Shown here: piece after piece, positions 13,301-26,567 of the stretch
How positions within the stretch are numbered: the stretch's first letter is position 1
Layout of the letters: every line of letters begins with the position of its first letter
Assembly (NCBI GenBank): GCA_973895155.1
Contig: OZ316897.1
Location: 16,305,375 to 16,369,374, forward strand
Reading direction: 5' to 3'
DNA: 64,000 nucleotides
Source of the DNA: Marsupella aquatica
Taxonomy: Eukaryota > Plantae > Marchantiophyta
The notes under the pieces: model-generated
Told to the model about the DNA's origin: nothing
Seen by the model: the letters and a program-made list of their open reading frames with translations, nothing else
Database searches by the model: none
Made by a program: the position numbers and the translations under genes

Positions 13301-16059
13301 TGTGATGGGAAGCTAAAGCTTTTTGCGCTCTTTACAGGCAACATCTCACTTGCCAATAGTGGTGGCTTTGCCAGTGTCCGAACGAAAGTAAGTGGACATC
13401 TTTCGTTTTTGCATAAGTCCATTTGACTGTTCATGTTGTGGTGCCCGTTCTAAATCAAAGTTCTCCCTCGAAATCTCTTGTTGATGTAATGAAAGTAAAG
13501 GGCTTTTGGATAGGGTTTCCAGGCGATCAGGATTTTGGATATCGGATTGTAGGAGTTTAATTTTTTCCTCAGATTTGAAATATTCGTGTGATGACTTGTG
13601 TCATCAGGTCCTTATAGCACTTAAACTGGAAGTCCACTTTCATGTTTCTAATATTTTAGTGTGGAGCATGCTTTGAGGCAGTGGAAACTATTTTGCACCA
13701 GTGACGTTGTAGACTTTACCCGTACAGGTTCTTTTTTGATAGTTGAGGTGGCTGCAGAATTTCAGTCCTCCCCAGGCTTTGTCCCCCTATGATGGCTTGG
13801 AGTTGCGAATCAAAGGGAATGGCAAACGGTTTAAACTTATCATCCGCACTACAAGTGATTGGGACGGTATTGCCTACACAGCATTTTTCGACACTACTAA
13901 TGAATGGCAAACGGTAGGGTGTTCGCCATACATTTCTTCTCTAGTTCTACGTTTGGAAGGGCTTTGGATGATCTTTAAACTGGTTGTTTCTTTTTATGCC
14001 GTGGGGATTTCTTTTACTTGTAGTTGTTTGTGTGGGGATATTGCTGCTATCAATTTCCAACTGTGGTTGTTGTCGACGAGGAAAAAATTCCAAAAGGTGT
14101 CAGCAGTTATCAGGTTTGTTTTTGGGTTTTTTGGTTGTTCGGTATTTTCGCTTTTCACGTCATCGATGCCTTTGGTCCTGCAAATGGCAACTGTACTCTC
14201 AGATTTGTCTACCCTTCTGCGAGTTTGTGCCGCTATTTCGTGCCCGTTCTCTTCAAGATGCTGCCCCACTGGATACCTCAACTATAACCTCCTTGCAGGT
14301 AAGCCAGGGTTACTTGAATCACAGTATATCGTGAAATGGACATTGTGATCTGATGTTAAAGTCCTGAGGGATTAGGTCACATCGAAATTCTTTGTGTTAC
14401 TAACTTTTCTTTGGTTATGGCCATCTCATAACGATGTGTCTGTGCAGTTGCTATACAGCAAGTTTGAGTATGATGGAAAGCTAAATCCTTCATTCGAGCC
14501 AGGTCCTTTTGAGTTACCAATCGTCAGCATCAAATCATATTTGAAAAAACCGCTCACACCTCGGTGAGCTGCGTCGTCTCTTTCACACAGCTGACATCAC
14601 ATTCCTTGTTCCAATCTAAGAAATTCGGCTTACAGTGAGCTGAATACTTACTTTACTGTTGTTTCTGGGCTTGTATCGTAATAACCCTCGGTATGTTGAA
14701 TGTCTAAATGTGGATTTTAATAATCCGGTGTTATCTGATGATCTCCTCGTTGGTGCAGATTCATACATATAGGTTCGGCAGGTGTCACAAGGCCAGACCG
14801 ACCAGGCCTGGATCTCAGCAAGCAGCCTCCAGCTGTGAGACTGAATAAAGAGCTGGGCTACATCCTTACTTACAAACTAAAGGTGCCTCTTTTTTGCCAG
14901 ACAGTAACGAAGAAGATACTTTGTCCACGTCTCTGAAATGCAACAAACGAATTCTGCTTTTATTGGTCCAATTGTATAAGTGGCAATGAGCTTGGCCAAG
15001 CAAGCCTGAGGTTCTAGTTCCATAATGAAACTTCTCATGCCGTGGATCAGTTGCACTTGATTGTATTTTGTTTTCTGAGGACATGTCCCTGAAAACTAAA
15101 TTAATGGGACTGGCTTGATACGACATGTAAAGAATTTAGCTCTAAAGATGAGATCTGCATCAGATTTTGGACAGGAATTGCACAGCTGAGACATATACTT
15201 CCCTGCTGCAAGCATGATTGTTATGGCAGAGAAGGTGTAATTGGTGTCTTAATGGTCCGATGCAGACCCTGATGCTCAGTGCTGTTTTGTATTGGCAGGG
15301 GGAGGATGCAGTCAGGGAGAGTGGAATTCCCTTTACAATTGTTCGCCCAGTTGCGCTCACAGAAGAACCTGCCGGAGCTGATCTTATCTTTGAGCAGGGA
15401 GACAATATCACGGTAATGATAACTGTAAAAATCAATCCAGAACAATGGCATTCGATGCGGGAATTACAATCGAGAGTCACACTTGGATTTGATGGATGGC
15501 CTGAAACAATAAAACAGTTGTTTAAGGAAGAATTTGGTGTCGGTGCCTGATATTTATACCTCCGGCCTTGTGAACAGGGAAAGATTGCAAGAGAAGAAGT
15601 GGCGCGGATTGTTGTAGCAGCTCTAAAATCCCCTGCTGCAGTGGACACTACATTTGAGGTAAAGACTGACATGCATAAAAGTGATTTTCCTAGTACTACG
15701 AATTGGCGATCAAAATCAACAAGCTCACTCCTACACCATGGGAATTAAATTCTCATGATGGAGTTCAACAAATTCCTTTGAGTGTCATCTTGATTGGTCC
15801 GTCAGAAGCACCGATTCTGTGGATTTCTTTGGGGTAATTTGGTATAGAATAAAAACGTTGGGCCCTACGTTCTATTCCTTTGCACGGTTTCTGATCCTCG
15901 AGATTACTTTTATTGCAGGTGAAAAGTACAGTCCCATTTAGCCAACCATTCACAATTGATCCGAACAACCCTCCTACACAACGAAATTATGCAAACGAGT
16001 TTGGGTCACTGAAACCTGGGATAACTGGTAAGGAGGCACTAGAAGCCGTGTCTGTCTGA
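10321..16059 (+). CDS. NAD(P)-binding Rossmann-fold protein with CIA30 insertion (At4g18810-like), probably plastid-targeted; 15 exons
   Basis: Exons with GT-AG sites and consistent phase: 10321-10386, 11148-11396, 11506-11664, 11825-11875, 12015-12173, 12594-12705, 13051-13176, 13338-13387, 13758-13913, 14203-14298, 14448-14563, 14759-14882, 15299-15412, 15578-15658, 15919-16059. Motifs: VLVAGATGGVGKRVV, GPKEGDTADRQKY, WGSLDDNVMGGVSES, GGFASVRT, YSKFEYDGKLNP, KQPPAVRLNKELG, GIPFTIVRP. N-terminus is Ser/Ala/Arg-rich and transit-peptide-like. Confidence 0.92.
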
Positions 16060-17081
16060 CGTTGATCTCCATCTGTGGTCCTACAAAACGAAAGGGTGAA
16101 GTCGTTTTAGAGAGCTTTGCTTTAAAAAGTAGTTTCTGATTGACAATTGAGATGTCTATCTTGAAGAAGTGCGTCTGGTTCTGCTCTCAATGTGGAGCTA
16201 GGATGGATCTGGAAACGATGCAGGACAGAGTGATCTGCTGACAAATACTTACATAATCGTCAATGTACTGTAACGGTCGAACCCCAGCATGGGGACTTGT
16301 GTATAATGAGAGAAGAAACTCGTAGGTTTGGCTTGTAAGTGTACTGTTGTCCATAGACCTCTGTTGTTCGTGAGCGAGTTTACATGTACGGTGGCAAACG
16401 TAAAGGAGAGAGGGACAACCTTAGCCGGAACAAGTTTCTTCAGTAGTTGTAAACAGTGATTTTTCTGGTTTAGTGCTTAAACCCTTCTTGCTCGCTATCT
16501 TCCTTACTTGGCGTGGAGAAGTTCGGAAAGTCCTCTTTGTGTAGAACAAACTTTCACTTGCTAGAAAAGACTTGGTTGAAAAACTAGCAAGAGATGGTTT
16601 GGGGAAGTCTTTTGGCTCAAATGAAACAAACGACACGATTTAGCTATGTCGTTCAACCAAACACATCGTGTGCCCTTCTGCGAAATGACTACCAGAGCAG
16701 CTTGCTAGCTTTTGTTACGACCTTTCAACCGCCTCACAGTCCATTCGAAATCATCGGTGACGTAGTTCGGAAGAAGACAATCCCTATTCGCGTATTTTGT
16801 AAGATTTTATTGTGACCTTTTAATGTTTTGTAGTCCGGTGTACTTGGAAAGAAAGGCAATCCCTACATGCGTACTTGCGAGATTAGATTTTATCTCGACC
16901 TTTGAATGTTCTGTAAATCAGTGTTGACCCGCAACGGAAACCACTATATAGCCTTCCCACGAAATGGAACTTTTCTCTGCGACGAACGGTTTCAAATTTT
17001 GTGTTCCAGGGTTACGTATCACGCGATATAAATTAAATCTCATCCATAAATCCTGAGGCACACAAAACGTAGTGAATATTC

Positions 17082-17312
17082 AAACCCAAAAATTGTCACT
17101 GTACAGGTGGTCCAGAGCTTATTACAAAAGTGAATTGAATCAGGCGATCTTGGATCTTCGAGAATCAGGGTTTTCCTTGAGGCCCTGTGAAATTTGAGCA
17201 TATTAAAACCCAAACGATTGTCACTGTACAGGTGGCACAGAGCTTTTCTACAAGAGTGATTTGAAATCAAGAGATCTTGGAGCTTCGTGAATCAGGGTTT
17301 TCCTCGCGTTCC
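17082..17312. repeat. ~125-bp degenerate tandem duplication spanning the PLMT stop codon and 3' UTR
   Basis: ttgtcactgtacaggtgg..cagagctt..atcttgga..ttcg.gaatcagggttttcct occurs at ~17082-17185 and ~17206-17312. Confidence 0.8.
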
Positions 17313-18485
17313 AAAATCATCATATAGAAGTAGCCCAAAATCCACAAAAGAAGAAATTTACGAGGTATCCAAGTGCTAACACCGAGTAGGCTTAGAATTG
17401 AACCCCAATACTGTGGATCCCTGATGTAGCCAAAGGGAAACTTCTCTACCCAAGGGAGCTGCTTCCCGAAAATTGCTCCGTAATACACTCCTGCCTCTCC
17501 TAACAACTCATACGTTCTGTCCCCACACCAACCATCAATATCACAGTCAGTACCATAAGGGCTAGTTCATGTGCCCAAAACAAATTCCCCAGTCAGGGTC
17601 TCCAGATAGCATGTTAAAACCCTAAACCCAGACCGTCTTGTAAAGAGTATGTCAGAGTTTCAGGTTTTCGTTTGGGACACAGAATAGCCTTTTCATCTCA
17701 AGCAAAATCTCTAACAAGCGAACCAATTACCAAGCTCCCATCAATGAGCCTAAAGATTCGAAGGAGGGATTACAGTTGTGGACCTCGAGTTCTTAATCAG
17801 ATCTATACTGCAGGGCATATACGTGCATTGGACTCTGTCCAACCAGATACCGTAACCAATAAAATCGTCCTTCAACTCTGTAGGGAAGTATTAGAGTGAG
17901 TGTTCATAGATAAAGGACAGGATAATTAACCTGTGTTCATATTGACATTTAAGTACGACAGGTGGTAGCGTGGGTGCTGGGAGGAATGTTTGAAACAAAT
18001 TGCGGAAAAGCTTGCTACGTTTCCGTCTCCAACGTAGAAGCAGGGCATGTCAGCCCGGGGAGCACAATTGAGTGGAGAGCTGTGGGCGATTCTATCCACA
18101 GCCTTGCACGCTAGAGTACATAAATTTGAGTTGGATGTTCACATGGGCACTATTGACACAAATTCGAAGCCATTGCAGACATCTAAAGACGAGGCACACG
18201 ATGAGGCGATACTTACTTGAAATTAAGATACTGTCCGGCAATGAAGAAGACCAGAGCGTACCAAGGCGGCAGCGAGGAGAGATTAGTGGCTACCGACGCT
18301 AGAGCAAGGATCTGAAGCAGTTTGAGAGCATGAGAGATTTGTGCCATTCTGTGCGAGGGATCCACATTCTTCCCACAGAATCGAACCCACTCTTGTGGCC
18401 GTCTCCACAAGTACGTGTAGAACCCGAATGGCAAGGCAATTGCAAGGGCCACTACTGCTCCATGCAAGCTGAGGAGAGCCACCAT
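17267..18485 (-). CDS. PLMT: Phospholipid N-methyltransferase (PEMT family), 2 exons
   Basis: Exon 1 18485-18217 (LPFGFYTYLW...DPSHRMAQISH...GQYLNF, donor GTAAGT). Exon 2 17516-17267 (YELLGEAGVYYG..FGK..PWV..FPFG.IRDPQY.GS). Matches the recalled Arabidopsis PLMT sequence along its length. Confidence 0.93.
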
Positions 18486-20111
18486 CTTCGAATTGGATCA
18501 ATTGAGGAAAGTCAGACCAACGGAGCTCACCAACTGGGTCCCAAGCTACTGGGTCGATCAGGCTCGAGCGCTCTAATACACCTGGAATGGAGCAGAAATG
18601 CTGGGGCTCAATCAGAATGTTATGACCTGTAACAAATTTCGTGAGGAGGACGAAGTGGTCTAAGACTCGTCTTACAGTCGTGCGGTGGGCTGGCGACGTG
18701 TCGCCAATGTGCGGGCTGGATTGCTAAAGCACGGATCATGCAATGAGAGCCATAAATCACTAGAGTATCTTGCCAAAAACCACTCACTAGTTTGTTTACA
18801 GACAACATTTTGGGTGAGCAGTTTGGGTGGGAAAGTAATCTTTGCCTTTGGCTAAAGGCCTGTTTTTTCCTGGAGGTTGAATCTGCCCCAAAACCCCTCT
18901 CTCCCCTTGGCTCCTCCCCTTCCTCCCTCTCATGCACACCCTCCCTTTCTGGTATGCCCTGTCAATGCAGCCGGAGGAGATAAAGGGCGAGGGGGGAGGG
19001 AGCGGGAGGGAGGCCAGGCAGGGGGGGGGGGGGGGGGGGCTGGTGAGGGGCTGTGTTCCATTCCCTGCTCGGCAATGTCTCAGTCAGGTTGTAAGTACAT
19101 GTGGCTTGAGTTCTAGCCTGGATTCTCCGGTGAGAGAAATTGACAGTAGATGATTGACAAGAACCAATTGTGTTCAGTTCACATTTGTGCTCAGGGCTCT
19201 CACTATTTAGAGCCCCCCATCACCTGCAAAGTTGTTAGCCTTAGATTCCCTAAAATGTTACAATTTTAAAAACTTTTTGCCCCTGTAAAGTTAAAATATT
19301 CTTGAAACATTCTAAAAATCACCCTAAAGTTATTACAAGACTCAAAATTGGATTTAATTGACCCTAAAGTTCTTCCATAAAAATGTTTAAGTTTTCTCCT
19401 AGAATCAATAAATGACCCTATTCTTTGTTGCCCGTGATGTGCCAATTAAGTGGAAGTGAAATCCCCAAGCATTTGTGTTCACCTTCACTAAAGTTGTGGA
19501 TACAAGTTGATTTGTTCCAGTGGGAGCTGCTCGCCCAAATACCCAAAAAAAATGTGGAACGCAAAAGCGCCTTGCATATCACAATTGCTACTGAAAATGA
19601 ATTGACTTCCAAGTTGCAAACCAATACTCAATCCAAAAGGAGCACAATCTCTACAAGTGTTGACAACCATGACTGAGAAATTTACTTACTTCTAGCAATG
19701 CCATTCTTCACAATTTGTGCCATTGACTGTAAGATATTCTGGGTGTGATGGGGATGAAAAACAAACTCAGGGTGCGAGATGAGAAATGTGAAAAAGACAT
19801 TTTCTGTGAAAGCTAGCTCTGTCTAAGAGGCGCGAGGTGTGCAGCATACACAGTCAATCACAAAACAGGCTAATGTAGGTGAAATGTTCTCTATAACCAG
19901 CCCCACCGGTCAAACAAGAGGTGGAACCGCAAACAATAAGGCGCTGGCTGCCTTCCCATTTGGCCATATGTTCGAGGGTGATAAAAGATGTCAAGTAAAA
20001 GTGATGTTGCAAAGAAGAGTTGTTGTTTTGATAATATTGTTGTTGTGGTTCAATCCTGCCTGTGGGTCCAAACCCCAAAGGGTTATATATGAGAATTATA
20101 AGGAGAAAATG

Positions 20112-20280
20112 TTTTATAATCTACCATTTAGCTACAATCTTCCAGCAACCACAGTACTTACTCTTGAAAACAAAATTTCCACTCAACTCCATTTCCTTTG
20201 CAAGTGATTTGTTGGACAATATTTTATAATCTACCATTTAGCTACAATCTTCCAGCAACCACACTACTTACTGTTGAAAA
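20112..20280. repeat. 59-bp direct repeat pair, 110-bp period
   Basis: ttttataatctaccatttagctacaatcttccagcaaccaca.tacttact.ttgaaaa at 20112-20170 and 20222-20280. Confidence 0.85.
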
Positions 20281-22411
20281 AACTTCTTCTTTGATAACAT
20301 TTTAACTTTGTCAACAACACTTCTTAACAACATGAACATAACTTCTCATTTTTTCACATTTCTCTCCTCTATGGTGAGAATTTGCTCCATAATTTCATGA
20401 AAATGTAACTAAAAATTGGTGAAACGTGGTGGATCCAGGTTTTGACATGGACACTGGCCCTTTGAAGTGATGGTGTAATTGGGGAGGGTGGGGGAGCACA
20501 AGATGGGGCAATGGTAGCTGGGGTGTTGTGGGGTGCAAGAGCAGGTGCGTGACAACTTCCCCCCTATCCCCTCCTCGCCCTCCAGTTTCTCTCCTCCTCC
20601 AATCCTTTCTGTGCGAGGGAAACAAAGGGAGTGGCCAGGCCCAGCTTGTGTGGGGGAAGACTATCATGCCCGTTGCGTGTTTCATCAAAAAATATCTGAA
20701 GGCGCTAACATCGCAAGACCTTCCCGACGTCAAAAAACACCTTTGCAAAAGGGGCCGATATGTAGTAGTGCAAGCACCCTAGTGCCCCTTGCATCACCAA
20801 TGGCCCCTCCCATACGAAGCCGCACTTGCTCTCCAACTCGACCGCTACTCAACGGTCTTCACTATCTGCACAAGCAACCAAGCGTCTCGGTAAGTAACCC
20901 TTCAGGATCTAGATCTCCCCAAGTCTAGCATCTTAACTCAAGCTCAACAGACATTAGTAAGTAGGTCAGCGATAGGTCCTCCCGATGTCATAAGCCGGAA
21001 GCAGAACCCATGCTCACTGTTCGTCCATAATAGCTCCTTCCTTGGGCGCGGCCCGGGTTCCCCCTCGTACTTATCCATCACCAACTGACCGCCCTTACCC
21101 TATGACATGCTCATGGCCCAAATAGCGTAGCTTGTCCTAAAGCTTGTCCCAAGCTTATTTCAACGTGCCGGGACCAGAATGGCCCCGACTCTAGCAACCA
21201 ACTCCTGGTTCTCGCCCCACTGATAGTCTAGGGGCCAAGTGCCCTTGGAACTCAACCTCCATGCCTACTTGGCCTTGCCTCCCGAATGCAAGTTCCCTTG
21301 AGAGACTGAACGCGGCTTGGCTGCTGTTTCGATAGGATTTGGCAAATGGACGTGATAACATCCACAAACCTAGAGAAACTACAGTGCCCCAAGACCCAGA
21401 TGAGCTCAGGAGGATGTAGTCCTCCTCAAGAGCTTTCCAACGCACCCAAGAAGTCCTCAAACGGACTATCCGTTGGGAAGTTATTGTCATTTTCGTTTGA
21501 CATTTTTCTTTAGTGTCGCGACCACCGCGGCTCACGACTTCGGTTCGCCCTTAGCCCCCAGGGAGACACCACTCCCCTCATATATGCTTCTGGAGACCTG
21601 CCACCCAGACCAACTTTGGTCCTCAACGTTTTGGGCCACAACCCGGATCCTATCCCACTTGTTTGGGCGCGTCACCAACTGACAATGTCCATAACTTTCT
21701 AATTAGGCGTTCGCAAGCGGAGTGCCTTAGCCCGTTATGATCGGGCCGACCCAGTGCTCATGCCTAGGCCCTTAGATCTCATCGCCGTTTGGGACCCCAG
21801 ATCGGGCCATAACTCGCGCCCCAAGCGTCCGTTGCCCATGGTGTCAACTCCATTGACCTTGGGCCCAAGAGGAGCTCTCACTCAAGCCCTCAGAACTCAA
21901 AGTCCGTCCGGGGGTCTGGATGGTCGACCTTGAGCCCGACCCCTTTCCCCTTGAACCTACCAACACTCAGCTAGTCTAGGTCCTTAGTGTGTGTCACCAG
22001 TTTGGCGTCTTGCCTTCGCTAGTGCCACGTCTCATTGTCCACAAGTCTCCCCATACTAAGTCTTCCCCGGATAGCCTATCCAGGCCTGGAGCATAAGGGA
22101 GCTCAGCGTCGGAGTCAACGACGCCGGAACTAAGTGTTAAGGTAATCGAGTTCCGCGACTGATGATCTAAGGATATAAGGCCACTAAAAAGAATTAAAAA
22201 CTTGCTTTATACATTGGGGAGTTGCCTACCCGGGAGAGAGGTAACTTGACCAATCCACTCAGTAATTGTTTCTACTTCCACATGACAACATACAATTGAT
22301 GGTCACTACATTAAAGTATAGGGAACCCCAGCCTTGAACAACCCTATCTTCAAGGCTACCCTAGGTGGAGGAGCATCGATCTCGATCAAGCCATGGCTCC
22401 CCTTTTTTGAG

Positions 22412-22588
22412 CCTCATATCAATTGCCTCTGCCAATTTCAATTCTCGTTTTACTATTAGTACTATTGTTTGGTGCTCTGACTAGCTTAGTACGTGATACA
22501 GATTTTTTGAGTTAGAGTTGCCTCATGTCAATTGCCTCTCCCAATTTCAATTCTCGTTTTCCTACTAGTACAATTATTGTTTGGTACC
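22412..22588. repeat. ~65-bp direct repeat pair
   Basis: cctcat.tcaattgcctct.ccaatttcaattctcgtttt at ~22412 and ~22522. Confidence 0.75.
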
Positions 22589-23341
22589 TGATCGAGAGTT
22601 AGGTTTTCTTTTGGAATATGCTATTCATAGTGGAAGCCCACATCCTATTGTTGGTGTCTACGTCAAGATCACATGCATCTGTACAATTCTGCTATCACCA
22701 TAGATCGAAGTTGTGTGCAAGTACAGGATTGACTTTCTGGCTAGAGCGTTGACTACCCTACGTAAGTATATATGCCCAATAGTTGGGAATTGAATTTCAA
22801 GATACTCTCTTAACTTAGTAACGTATATATAGTGGGCAGGCCAGGGGACCATCAAGGCAGGCATGGATTGGCATAGGAAGTCCAAGAGAGGGAAGAAATT
22901 GCCACAATTTATTTTTTAGCCGCTAGTGTTTTGACATTCTGACTTAGAGCTTGGACATATGATCGAGGACAATCACAACAACCAACAACAATAAGTATTC
23001 ATACCGAGGGATCCAGAGAAGTTAGTGAACCAGATAGTTAAATACACTGCTTGTTTCTTTACAGTATATAATGCGATTGGCACTGCAATATTGTACCTAC
23101 GTTGAAAACAACCCCGGCCTAGTGCCACATGATTCCGCACAGGATGACTGAGTGTGTAGACCACTCCTGATCTCTCTCTATATATATCATAACCCCTAAA
23201 GATAATTAATATCTTCGAATTCATCCCTGGTATATGCCTTCGGCTCACTCTTTCAAAAAAGTTGATGTTTCAGACGAACTGCCACCATCCTCGTGCATGG
23301 CTCGTGTAGACTAGGGTTTCATAAATTGCCGGGAACTTCGT

Positions 23342-26300
23342 TCACAGGCCGACGGTGCTCGTTTCTGATACGTACCATCTTGACACCATCTGGTACCATC
23401 TGCACAAAAGCGTACCACTAGCTATATTAGCTTACCGTCCCGGCCTTAATTTCTTCTTCGAAATAAGTATCATAACAAAACATCTAGCTAGATATTGAAT
23501 ACTGAATTGAATCAAGGAACCTGCAGATGTCTAGGTCATGAAAGCAGTTTCTATGCTATTTAATTTGTTTGCACAATTTGAATTTAAATCACACTAACGG
23601 TGATTTCTAGCTATAAAAATGAAGGAAACCTTGTTGCATCGCCAAGATTGTCAAACCTCCCCAAGAATTTCCATCTGAGAAACATGAAAATCGAAAGTAA
23701 ATTAACAAAATTTGCAGTACAAATTTCTTTGGCTATCGATCTGCTATTCTGGCCACCCGTCATGAACTATGTAGGACAGAAGATCTTCAAGAATATGAAT
23801 CGATGATGGTTTTTGATGTCTCACTTTTTATCAGCTTGTAGCTTGATTTTTACTTCAAACCTGCCTTCAGGGCATTTAGTCACCCCTTCGTCGACATGAA
23901 CATGCTTGGAAAGCCTGGCACGTTTATTCAGAAGTTCTCTGAACTGTTTATTGGTCAGTTTAGCCATCTGCAATAGATTTAAACAGTGTCACTAAATAAT
24001 ATTGCCATTATTTCTTAATTGAGTAAAAAGATTCTTCTCAGAAGATCATTAAAATTAAACGAGTATTGAGACTACCTCCTCAACATCTACGCTATAATCA
24101 CAGATGCCTTTGTAGTTCGGCTGGGCAGCTGAAGCATCCAAATGCTTGAGACTTGCTTTATCATAGGCTCTGCAGACCGGCCAGTTATCCAAATAAAGAA
24201 CTGGAGATTAGCGGATATTAGCCATGACGGATGTGATTGTGCACATAAACTCTGAATTACTTAATAAAATATATTCGACGACTCACTGCAACGTGAAATT
24301 CTATTTCTCAACACAAAAAACTTCACAAAAGAAAACGACTAAGAAATAAAACATTTCAATATACTACAACAAATTTTGAGCCTTACCTGGCTGCCTCGGT
24401 AGCTGATCCATATGAACCTGGAATAATATATATATATATATATATTATATAACAGCGAATCTCTTAGAATATATTGTCCTCAAGACACGCAAAATGTCTT
24501 GACCAAAATCTTAAACTTATTCGGATTGGAAATTAAATACCTGCTATGAAATGCTACTAACAGGAAATGAATTACGCGAGGAAAGAATCGCATGATGCGT
24601 GTAGAAACATGCTGGGCTCTTAGGCTAGGTAAATACTCGCCTATATAAAATTGCTTTCCGTCCCTGCAGAATGAGTAACATTACAGTGATTTAGTATTAC
24701 ATTTGAGTACTTCTGATTAGACCTTGATTGAGCCTTAATTACTAGCTGCATGATCGACCTCTACAGCGTACATGATTCTTTCCTCTATTCAAAAGTGTAT
24801 AAAACTTGGATATAATTTGTAGGTCATCCTTCGAAAAGCATCGGCCTGCACAACGCACTAGGGCGGTGGCCGGGGAAGAAACATTGGAGGAGCTGATCAG
24901 AGTTCGTACGTATATGAGTGAGAACTAGCCTTTAGCCATATTAACTCCTGGAAATGCTGCGTAATATCCCAGTCACGAGCCCCTTATGATGCATGCATGG
25001 ACAACAGATAAGATTCAAGTACAAATCTACTGCTAATTGACTGGCAGTTTCGTACCATATGTGGGCCGTCCAACGACCGATGCGTTTGTAGAAGTTGATA
25101 CCTAGAAGTCCAAGCTTCGTCGGATCAGGAAGACAAACACCGTTCCGTATCTCCAATAAACCAGCTCCAGACTTATTACGTGTCGTCACAGAATCACCTC
25201 CAGTGTTTTGAGGTATCTTCACGGAATCATCTGTGATATATACATCACAAACAAGCACTTCTAAGCTAGTGTCTTTGATCAGGACATGCCAAACAGTCTG
25301 ACCTAAATCTTAAAGTTCTTCCTATTGGAAAACACGTCTCTTATTCAATATCACAGGAAATGAAGTGCACAAGGAAAGAATTGCATGAAGTGTGTATGTA
25401 GAACATGCTGAGCGGACTGTTAATTAAGGTAAGTACTCGCCTATGTAAAATTTCTTTCCATCCCTGCAGAATCAGTAACATTACAATGAATTAGTATTAC
25501 GTACGTCTGAGTCGCGCGGGGTTTGAGTAAATGATTAATAAACGTGATTTACTAATCAACTTCGATCATGGACTCAACAAAATATATATATTAACCACAT
25601 CGAAAAACTCTTGAGCCCGCTTTGGATGCATGGACAACAAATAAGATTCAGAACTCAGAGAGGATATATGTGAAGCAGTACGTTCGTTCAGGTTCAAGTA
25701 AAATCCACTGGTAATTGATTGGCATTTTCATATATACCATATGTAGGCAGTCCATCCACAGGTACATTCGTTGTAGACAGCGATACCATTAAGGCCAAGC
25801 CTTGTTGTAGCTGCAGGAGCACAAACACCCTTGCTTATCTCCAATAAATTAGCTCCAGTGTTTTCGGGTGTCCTTACAGAATCAGCTGGAACTCTCTCAT
25901 ATGGTACCATCGAGTTTGTTCCACTATTCTGAACCGTCAATTGTTTTTGGGGACGCTGGCGCAGTTGCACTGCTCCAGTAGTGGTCCCGGTAGTCGTCCC
26001 CTTCAATGTTTTTGGGGAACTCTCCTGAGGTTCCACTGCTCCAGCAGTCTTAACCTTCAGTGTTTTTGGGGGACTCTCCTGAGGTTGCACAGCTCCAGCA
26101 GTCTTAACCTTCAATTTTTTTGGGGGACTCGCTTGTAGTTGCACTCGCCTTTTACGAGACGTTTCATCATTTAGGATGGCCTCTTCCCCTTGAGCCATTC
26201 CTATGTAGTGCTGTCCTGACCAAGTTGTATATGCTCGAAAATCGCCACAGGCCTCATTCACCACAAAGTTCTGGGACAGAGGATGAGGAGGATTTCCCTT

Positions 26301-26567
26301 GACTTTGTTTCCCCTATTTCCCTTTTGTGCCCTGTTCTCTGCAAGGCGAGTGGCGGCCTCTACCAATATGTACAAATTGGTAAAGTCAGCATCATCCATC
26401 ATGGTTATCTCTTCAGTCTTCCAAGGTCGTTTTGCATTCGTCTGCTGCTTCTGGGACTTTCCAATTGTCCCAGGATTTCTACCCTGCTTGGACATAAACC
26501 TTGTACTGCGGCCTCGGGCGTTCCTCTTAGATACCGACGATAGAATCAAACCTCTCCTTATAGACAC
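23342..26567 (-). CDS. Divergent euAP2-type (double AP2 domain) transcription factor, copy A; reading frame appears intact
   Basis: Exons: 26495/26567-25738, 25463-25441 (GC donor), 25230-25056, 24663-24641 (GC donor), 24417-24387, 24169-24076, 23967-23825, 23674-23630, probable last exon 23399-23342 (3' end uncertain). Splices to GINFYKRIGRWTAHIW|DGKQFYI|GSYGSATEAA|RAYDKASLKH...|MAKLTNKQFRELL...GVTKCPEGRFEVKI|WKFLGRFDNLGDATR. This matches euAP2 GVTFYRRTGRWESHIW|DCGKQVYL|GGFDTAHAAA|RAYD...|MTNLTKEEF...|YVYLGLFD in both sequence and intron positions. Confidence 0.8.
25950..26140 (-). repeat. 48-bp coding tandem repeat (16 aa, QESPPKTLKVKTAGAV-like, ~3.5 copies) in AP2 copy A exon 1
   Basis: QASPPKKLKVKTAGAVQP / QESPPKTLKVKTAGAVEP / QESSPKTLKG. 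Confidence 0.85.

Noticed and set aside
19021-19039. Poly-G run / G-quadruplex upstream of PLMT
   Set aside because: Simple homopolymer; no evidence of function.
20700-22150. GC-richer stretch resembling a retroelement interior, with a PBS-like tttggcg near 22000
   Set aside because: No gag/pol motif or LTR pair could be supported.
23342-23700. miR172 target site typical of euAP2 genes
   Set aside because: Not seen in either copy.
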